Virus record (IMG/VR): IMGVR_UViG_2648501466_000024 | DNA length: 4,482 bases | From: a virus | Taxonomy: Duplodnaviria > Heunggongvirae > Uroviricota > Caudoviricetes | Reading direction: 5' to 3' (one strand) | In this document: in pieces, positions 1 through 4,482 of the stretch | Layout: each line of letters begins with the position of its first letter | Numbering within the stretch: position 1 is the first letter of the stretch | Made by a program: the position numbers and the translations under genes | The notes under the pieces: model-generated | What the model was told of the DNA's origin: nothing | The model's input: only the letters and a program-made list of their open reading frames with translations | Databases searched by the model: none

Positions 1-2
1 AG

Positions 3-1526
3 GCAGCAGAGCAGAACAGAGCATACCAGGCATTGCTGCAGATGAATGTTCAGCATACGGAATTTAACCGTCTGCTGGGGCTGGGGAATGAACTGCTTCA
101 GCAGCGGCAGGGACTGGTGAATGTGCCGTTACGGCTGCCACAGGCCACCCTGGATGATAAACAGCAGAGTGCCCTGACAAAAACAGAGCGTGAGCTGGCC
201 CTGTCCAGACTGAAAGGGGAAGAAAAAGAGCGTGTCCGGCTGGGGTATGCGGCGGATGACCTCGGTTTTGTGGGTGATCCGTATCAGGAGGCGAGACAAC
301 GTTATATCAGTAATGCCCTGGAAGCCTGGCGCAATAACGAGGCGAATAAACCCAAATCCCGGGGTGGAAAATCAGAGACGGAAAAAGCGGAAGACAGTTT
401 TTCCCGGCTGCTGAAGCAGCAGAAAGAGCAACTGGCACTGGTGGGGCAGAATACAGAGCTGGCGAAGCTGAAATACCAGACTGCGCAGGGCGAACTGAAA
501 ACCCTGACGGAGATGCAGAAGCAGGAGCTGCTGCGTAATGCGGCCCTGATTGACCAGCAAAAAATCCGGGAACAGTTGCGATCCCGGGAAGAGACACTGA
601 AGAATGAGAATGCGGCTGCGCGTGCGTCGAATGATGCTGAACTGCTGGGGTACGGGCAGGGGGAACGAGCCAGAGAACGCATGCGGGAGTTGCAGCAGAT
701 CCGCGACAGCTTCCGCCAGAAGGATGCGGACCTTCAGTCTCAGTATCAGACCGGGGATATCAGTGAGGATTTTTACAGACAGGCTCTGGCGCAGAATGCA
801 CAGTATCTGAGTGAACGTCTGAAAGAGCAGGAAGCCTTTTATGCCGAATCGGATGCGCAGCGTGCGGACTGGCAGAAAGGGCTGCAGGAGGGATTCAGTA
901 ACTGGGTGGATAATGCGTCCGATTACGCCTCACAGGCAGCACAGCTTGCGACGGAGGGTATCTCAGGGATGGTGAATAACATCACGGAGATGCTGAACGG
1001 AAATAAAGTGGAATGGCGCAGCTGGGCCTCATCAGTGCTGCAGGAAATATCAAAAGTTCTTATGAATGCCGCGATTGTCAACGGAATTAAGACGGCGGCA
1101 AACGGTATGTCCGGTGCGGGAGGATTTCTCGGCAGCATTGGTGACTGGCTGGGCGGAGCGGTGGCCAATGCAAAAGGCGGCGTGTATACCTCGGCAAACC
1201 TGAGTGCGTACAGCAACAGTATTGTGGATACGCCCACGTACTTTGCCTTTGCAAAAGGGGCCGGGCTGATGGGGGAGGCCGGACCTGAAGCCATTATGCC
1301 TCTGACGCGGGCGGCGGATGGCTCGCTGGGTGTGCGCGCGGTGGGTAGTATGAACGGCAGTGCGGGTCTGGTGTATTCCCCGGTCTACCATATCGCCATT
1401 CAGAATGACGGGACTAATGGCCAGATAGGGCCGGAGGCGGCAGGCAGTCTTGTGCAGCTGATTGACCAGCGGGTGCAGGCGGTGATGCTGTCCATGCGAC
1501 GTGACGGAGGAATGCTGAGTGGCTGA
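3..1526 (+). CDS. H: Tail tape measure protein, C-terminal portion (5'-truncated by window edge; codon phase begins at nt 3)
   Basis: Frame is open from nt 3 to TGA at 1524-1526 with no upstream stop, so the TTG at 33 in the ORF track is not the true start. Translation has a long charged, Q/E/R/K-rich helical region followed by a Gly/Ala-rich hydrophobic stretch (GMSGAGGFLGSIGDWLGGAVANAKGG) typical of lambda-family tape measure C-termini. It sits immediately upstream of M-L-K-I-J in lambda order. Confidence 0.88.
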   Translation, partial: AAEQNRAYQALLQMNVQHTEFNRLLGLGNELLQQRQGLVNVPLRLPQATLDDKQQSALTKTERELALSRLKGEEKERVRLGYAADDLGFVGDPYQEARQRYISNALEAWRNNEANKPKSRGGKSETEKAEDSFSRLLKQQKEQLALVGQNTELAKLKYQTAQGELKTLTEMQKQELLRNAALIDQQKIREQLRSREETLKNENAAARASNDAELLGYGQGERARERMRELQQIRDSFRQKDADLQSQYQTGDISEDFYRQALAQNAQYLSERLKEQEAFYAESDAQRADWQKGLQEGFSNWVDNASDYASQAAQLATEGISGMVNNITEMLNGNKVEWRSWASSVLQEISKVLMNAAIVNGIKTAANGMSGAGGFLGSIGDWLGGAVANAKGGVYTSANLSAYSNSIVDTPTYFAFAKGAGLMGEAGPEAIMPLTRAADGSLGVRAVGSMNGSAGLVYSPVYHIAIQNDGTNGQIGPEAAGSLVQLIDQRVQAVMLSMRRDGGMLSG

Positions 1527-1860
1527 GATAAAAACGCTGCATCTGGTCCCGCGTGAAGGGATGCAGGTGAGTGAGAAGCCGTCGGTGGTGAGGGTGCGGT
1601 TTGGTGACGGTTATGAACAGCGCCGCCCCACAGGGCTGAATCCTCAACTGAAGACGTTTCAGGCGGTGTTCCGGGTGACGGATGAGTCAACCCGGCGCTG
1701 GCTGGAAGAGTTTTTATCGTGGCATGGTGGTTACCGTGCCTTTTTGTGGCGACCGCCGAAACATAACCGGACGGTGAGGGTTGTGTGCCGTGAGTGGAGT
1801 GTCACGGATAATGCCCGGTACAGTGATTTCAGCTGTACGATTGAGCAGGTGGTGAACTGA
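1519..1860 (+). CDS. M: Minor tail protein M (tail tip assembly)
   Basis: 113-aa ORF with the gpM-like motif VRVRFGDGYEQRRPTGLN and C-terminal EQVVN. GTG start at 1519 is preceded by GGAGG (1506-1510) at 8-nt spacing and overlaps the H stop by 8 nt. An internal ATG at 1561 is an alternative start but has poorer spacing to any Shine-Dalgarno sequence. Confidence 0.88.
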   Translation: MAEIKTLHLVPREGMQVSEKPSVVRVRFGDGYEQRRPTGLNPQLKTFQAVFRVTDESTRRWLEEFLSWHGGYRAFLWRPPKHNRTVRVVCREWSVTDNARYSDFSCTIEQVVN

Positions 1861-2558
1861 TGCAGGATATTCACGAAGAAAGCCTGAACGAGTCGGTTAA
1901 GTCAGAGCAGTCACCGCGGGTGGTGCTCTGGGAAATCGACCTGACGGTGCAGGGCGGTGAGCGGTATTTTTTCTGCAATGAGCTGAATGAAAAAAGGGAG
2001 CCGGTGACCTGGCAGGGGCGGCAATATCAGGCGTACCCGATTGAGGGCAGTGGCTTTGAGATGAACGGAAAGGGCAGCAGTGCCCGCCCGTCGCTGACGG
2101 TGTCCAATCTGTTCGGTCTTGTCACCGGGATGGCGGAGGATTTGCAGAGCCTGGTGGGTGCCACGGTGGTCCGCCGCCGGGTGTATGCGCGTTTTCTGGA
2201 TGCGGTGAACTTTGTGGCAGGCAATCCGGAGGCCGACCCGGAGCAGGAGCTGACTGACCGGTGGGTGGTGGAGCAGATGTCATCGCTGACGGCCATGACG
2301 GCCTCGTTTGTGCTGGCCACACCGACCGAGACGGACGGGGCGCTGTTTCCCGGTCGCATCATGCTGGCGAACACCTGTATGTGGACCTACCGCTCTGATG
2401 AGTGTGGTTACACGGGCGGGGCTGTGGCGGATGAGTTCGATAAACCCACCACCGATATCCGTAAGGACAGATGCAGCAAGTGCATGCGCGGGTGTGAGAT
2501 GCGCGGCATGGTGGCTAATTTTGGCGGTTTCCTTTCCATTAATAAACTTTCGCAGTAA
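1860..2558 (+). CDS. L: Minor tail protein L (tail tip assembly; putative Fe-S cluster protein)
   Basis: 232-aa ORF, the same length as lambda gpL as I recall it, with matching N-terminus MQDI, C-terminus NFGGFLSINKLSQ, and motifs GERYFFCNE and PVTWQGRQYQ. ATG at 1860-1862 overlaps the M stop TGA (1858-1860) in an ATGA-type junction. AGGTGG Shine-Dalgarno sequence at 1847-1852. Confidence 0.95.
   Translation: MQDIHEESLNESVKSEQSPRVVLWEIDLTVQGGERYFFCNELNEKREPVTWQGRQYQAYPIEGSGFEMNGKGSSARPSLTVSNLFGLVTGMAEDLQSLVGATVVRRRVYARFLDAVNFVAGNPEADPEQELTDRWVVEQMSSLTAMTASFVLATPTETDGALFPGRIMLANTCMWTYRSDECGYTGGAVADEFDKPTTDIRKDRCSKCMRGCEMRGMVANFGGFLSINKLSQ
2376..2495 (+). other. Cysteine cluster in L C-terminal domain (candidate Fe-S ligands)
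   Basis: Five Cys codons (aa 173, 182, 205, 208, 212 of L) in the pattern C-x8-C-x22-C-x2-C-x3-C, read from the translation. Lambda gpL has been reported to bind an iron-sulfur cluster. Confidence 0.6.
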
Positions 2559-2568
2559 ATCCCGGTTT

Positions 2569-3312
2569 ATGACACAGACTGAATCAGCGATTCTGGCGCA
2601 TGCCCGGCGGTGTGTGCCTGCGGAGTCGTGCGGCTTCGTGGTGAGAACGCCGGAGGGGGAGCGGTATATCCCTTGTGTGAATATCTCTGCAGAGCCGGAG
2701 GCGTATTTTCGTATTGCACCGGAAGACTGGCTGCGGGCAGAGATGCAGGGGGAGATTGTGGCACTGGTCCACAGTCATCCCGGTGGTCTGCCCTGGCTGA
2801 GCGAGGCCGACCGGCGGCTGCAGATAAAAAGTGCACTGTCCTGGTGGCTGGTCTGCCGGGGGGAAATTCATAAATTCCGCTGTGTGCCACATCTGACAGG
2901 ACGGCGCTTTGAGCACGGGGTGACGGACTGTTACACGCTGTTCCGGGATGCCTACCATCTGGCGGGAATTGATATGCCGGATTTTGAGCGTGAGGATGAC
3001 TGGTGGCGCAACGGTCAGAACCTGTACCTGGACAATATGGAGGCGACTGGTTTTTACAGGATTTCCCTGCCTTCCGCACAGCCTGGCGATATCCTGCTGT
3101 GCTGCTTTGGCGCATCGGTGGCCAATCATGCCGCCATATACTGCGGCAACGGTGAGCTGCTTCACCATCTGCCTGAACAACTGAGTAAACGGGAGAGGTA
3201 TTCCGAAAAATGGCAACGACGAACGCATTCAGCCTGGCGTCACCGCCACTGGCACGTATCTGCCTTCACGGGGATTTACAACGATTTGGCCGCCGCCTCA
3301 GCCTGTATGTGA
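2569..3312 (+). CDS. K: Tail tip assembly protein K, two-domain JAB/MPN (JAMM) plus NlpC/P60-like
   Basis: 247-aa reading from ATG 2569 (10 nt after the L stop) to TGA 3310-3312. Contains an exact H-x-H-x7-S-x2-D JAMM motif (HSHPGGLPWLSEAD, nt 2770-2811) and a downstream Cys/His region (GVTDCYTLF with Cys at 2929-2931; NHAAIYCG; LLHH) consistent with an NlpC/P60 papain-like fold. Start is uncertain: ATG 2569 has no clear Shine-Dalgarno sequence, while the in-frame ATG at 2743 would give 189 aa. Confidence 0.85.
   Translation: MTQTESAILAHARRCVPAESCGFVVRTPEGERYIPCVNISAEPEAYFRIAPEDWLRAEMQGEIVALVHSHPGGLPWLSEADRRLQIKSALSWWLVCRGEIHKFRCVPHLTGRRFEHGVTDCYTLFRDAYHLAGIDMPDFEREDDWWRNGQNLYLDNMEATGFYRISLPSAQPGDILLCCFGASVANHAAIYCGNGELLHHLPEQLSKRERYSEKWQRRTHSAWRHRHWHVSAFTGIYNDLAAASACM
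2770..2811 (+). other. JAMM metalloprotease signature within K
   Basis: HSHPGGLPWLSEAD fits H-x-H-x(7)-S-x(2)-D exactly. Candidate upstream Glu residues (e.g. E19, E29/E31 of the long K form) are only present if K starts at 2569. Confidence 0.7.
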
Positions 3313-3890
3313 ACACGGCAGCGGAAGCCATCCGTGCCCTGTCGATGCAGATGCCGGGATTCCGCCGTCAGATGAACGAAGGCTGGTACCAGATACGTAT
3401 TCGCGGTGAGGACACGGCACCGGAGGCGGTGTACGCCCGTCTTCACGAACAACTGGGTGAGGGAACGGTCATCCACATTGTGCCGCGACTGGCCGGGGCC
3501 GGAAAGGGTGGACTGCAGATTGTGCTGGGGGCGGCAGCCATCGTGGGCTCTTTCTTCACTGCCGGGGCATCAATGGCGTTATGGGGTTCAGCCCTGGCAG
3601 CCGGTGGTTTTTCTGCCACCACGATGCTGTTTTCACTGGGGGCCAGCATGATACTGGGCGGTGTGGCCCAGATGCTGGCCCCGAAGGCAAAGACGCCGGA
3701 GTACAAAAGTACGGATAACGGTAAACAGAACACGTATTTTTCGTCACTGGACAACATGATTGCCCAGGGGAACCCGATGCCGGTGCCTTACGGTGAAATG
3801 CTGGTTGGCTCCCGGCGAATCTCCCAGGACATCAGCACCCGTGATGAAGGTGGTGGCGGGAAGGTGGTGGTTATCGGGCGGCAGGGGTAA
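3210..3890 (+). CDS. I: Tail tip assembly protein I
   Basis: 226-aa ORF with gpI-like motifs ARICLHGDLQRFGRR, VIHIVPRLAGA, a Gly/Ala-rich hydrophobic segment, and KQNTYFSSLDNMIAQGN / YGEMLVGSR. Strong Shine-Dalgarno sequence GGGAGAGG (3191-3198) 11 nt upstream of ATG 3210. The first 103 nt overlap the 3' end of K in a different frame, as in lambda. Confidence 0.92.
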   Translation: MATTNAFSLASPPLARICLHGDLQRFGRRLSLYVNTAAEAIRALSMQMPGFRRQMNEGWYQIRIRGEDTAPEAVYARLHEQLGEGTVIHIVPRLAGAGKGGLQIVLGAAAIVGSFFTAGASMALWGSALAAGGFSATTMLFSLGASMILGGVAQMLAPKAKTPEYKSTDNGKQNTYFSSLDNMIAQGNPMPVPYGEMLVGSRRISQDISTRDEGGGGKVVVIGRQG

Positions 3891-3896
3891 AAAGAA

Positions 3897-3930
3897 TAAA
3901 AAAATCCCGCAGAGTTGCGGAGCTGCGGGA
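3897..3930 (-). terminator. Terminator-like hairpin with T-tract on the minus strand, just downstream of the I stop
   Basis: 8-bp inverted repeat TCCCGCAG (3905-3912) / CTGCGGGA (3923-3930) with a 10-nt loop. On the + strand it is preceded by an A-run (3897-3904, within AAAAAGAATAAAAAAA), so on the minus strand the hairpin is followed by a T-run. On the + strand there is no U-tract after the stem. Confidence 0.45.
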
Positions 3931-4060
3931 AGAGATACAAAGATTAACTATAGAGAATTATTCTTATGTCACGACAAAAAAATTAACGCAGAGAAATTAT
4001 TAGCGCCACAGTCAGTTTGTGAAAATGTGAAGATATTCAGAATTTTTATTCAGTGATGAT

Positions 4061-4094
4061 ACAGGCATCCTCCGGGATGCCTGTTGTTTTTGTG
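4061..4094 (+). terminator. Rho-independent terminator-like hairpin (+ strand) between I and J
   Basis: Perfect 10-bp inverted repeat ACAGGCATCC (4061-4070) / GGATGCCTGT (4075-4084) with 4-nt loop TCCG, followed directly by TGTTTTTGTG (4085-4094). Lies 33 nt upstream of the J start codon. Confidence 0.6.
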
Positions 4095-4126
4095 CGTGAA
4101 CAGTTATCACAGTAAAGGGTGAGACA

Positions 4127-4482
4127 ATGGGCAAAGGTGGCGGCAAGGCGCACACGCCGGTAGAGGCAAAGGACAATCTTAAGTCCACGCAGATGATGAG
4201 CGTGATTGACGCCATTGGTGAAGGGCCGATTGAAGGTCCGGTGAAGGGACTGCAGAGTATTCTGGTGAACAAAACCCCGCTGACGGACACGGACGGCAAT
4301 CCTGTGATACACGGCGTGACCGCGGTCTGGCGCGCCGGGGAGCAGGAGCAGACACCACCCGAAGGCTTTGAGTCCTCCGGCTCTGAAACCGGACTGGGCG
4401 TGGAAGTGACGAAGGCAAAGCCGGTAACGCGCACCATTACATCCGCGAACATTGACCGCCTGCGGGTCACCTTCGGGGTGCA
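4127..4482 (+). CDS. J: Host specificity / tail tip central fibre protein J, N-terminal 118 codons (3'-truncated by window edge)
   Basis: Translation MGKGGGKAHTPVEAKDNLKSTQMMSVIDAIGEGPIEGPV...TITSANIDRLRVTFGV is a clear match to the lambda gpJ N-terminus as I recall it. Shine-Dalgarno sequence AAGGGTGAG (4115-4123) precedes ATG 4127. The ORF is open to the window end. Confidence 0.95.
   Translation, partial: MGKGGGKAHTPVEAKDNLKSTQMMSVIDAIGEGPIEGPVKGLQSILVNKTPLTDTDGNPVIHGVTAVWRAGEQEQTPPEGFESSGSETGLGVEVTKAKPVTRTITSANIDRLRVTFGV

Noticed and set aside
302-682. Minus-strand ORFs of 62-126 aa inside H (302-682, 307-597, 372-560), and similar ones at 923-1294, 1050-1391, 1400-1690
   Set aside because: Antisense to the tape measure gene, Ser/Ala/Arg/Pro-rich low-complexity translations, and mutually overlapping in several frames. 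They look like by-products of the biased composition of H.
2308-2568. Upstream extension of the K frame to 2308 shown in the ORF track (334 aa)
   Set aside because: This portion overlaps L in another frame and its translation (MCWPHRPRRTGRC...) is low complexity. The first ATG downstream of the L stop is 2569, which is the plausible K start.
3190-3215. Possible programmed -1 frameshift fusing K to I
   Set aside because: I found no canonical slippery heptamer in the overlap, and I has its own strong Shine-Dalgarno sequence and ATG. Independent initiation is the simpler explanation.
2584-3228. 214-aa minus-strand ORF antisense to K (and the overlapping 182-aa ORF at 2567-3115)
   Set aside because: Fully antisense to a strongly supported gene. 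Translation is Pro/Arg/Ala/Gln-rich low complexity typical of spurious open frames in GC-rich coding DNA, with no recognisable motif or ribosome binding site.
3760-4056. 98-aa + strand ORF spanning the end of I and the I-J spacer
   Set aside because: Out of frame with I across its conserved 3' end, basic low-complexity translation, and it reads through the hairpin and A-tract. More likely a chance frame than a gene.
3931-4115. Tiny ORFs in the spacer (6 codons from ATG 3966; 19 codons from ATG 4056)
   Set aside because: Too short, no Shine-Dalgarno sequence, and the 19-codon frame is made up largely of the terminator stem-loop.
4012-4470. 152-aa and 88-aa minus-strand ORFs antisense to the J 5' end
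   Set aside because: They overlap the highly conserved J N-terminal coding region and have no start context. The 152-aa ORF terminates in the spacer with no ATG in the spacer itself.
1-4482. CRISPR arrays, tandem repeats, tRNA/rRNA genes, insertion sequences, defence or toxin-antitoxin genes
   Set aside because: No direct repeats with spacers, no tRNA-like or rRNA-like sequence, and no terminal inverted repeats were seen by eye. All long ORFs are accounted for by tail genes.

Overview
This window is a contiguous block of the tail-tip assembly operon of a lambda-like (lambdoid) siphovirus or prophage, all on the + strand in lambda order: the 3' part of the tape measure gene H (runs off the left edge), then M, L, K, I, and the 5' end of the host-specificity gene J (runs off the right edge). 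The calls rest on direct reading of the supplied translations, which show the gpM/gpL/gpK/gpI/gpJ sequence signatures and the lambda-style junctions (H/M 8-nt overlap, M/L ATGA overlap, K/I 103-nt out-of-frame overlap). I see no CRISPR array, RNA gene, transposase or unfamiliar multi-gene system; this is a well-characterised module and I do not think it holds a novel system. The one region not explained by the canonical gene set is a 236-bp AT-rich I-J spacer (3891-4126) with no credible ORF, bracketed by two oppositely oriented terminator-like hairpins. Secondary points are the K start codon (the long form gives a complete JAB/MPN motif), the L cysteine cluster, and a Gly-rich hydrophobic segment near the H C-terminus. 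All minus-strand ORFs in the track look like spurious antisense frames.
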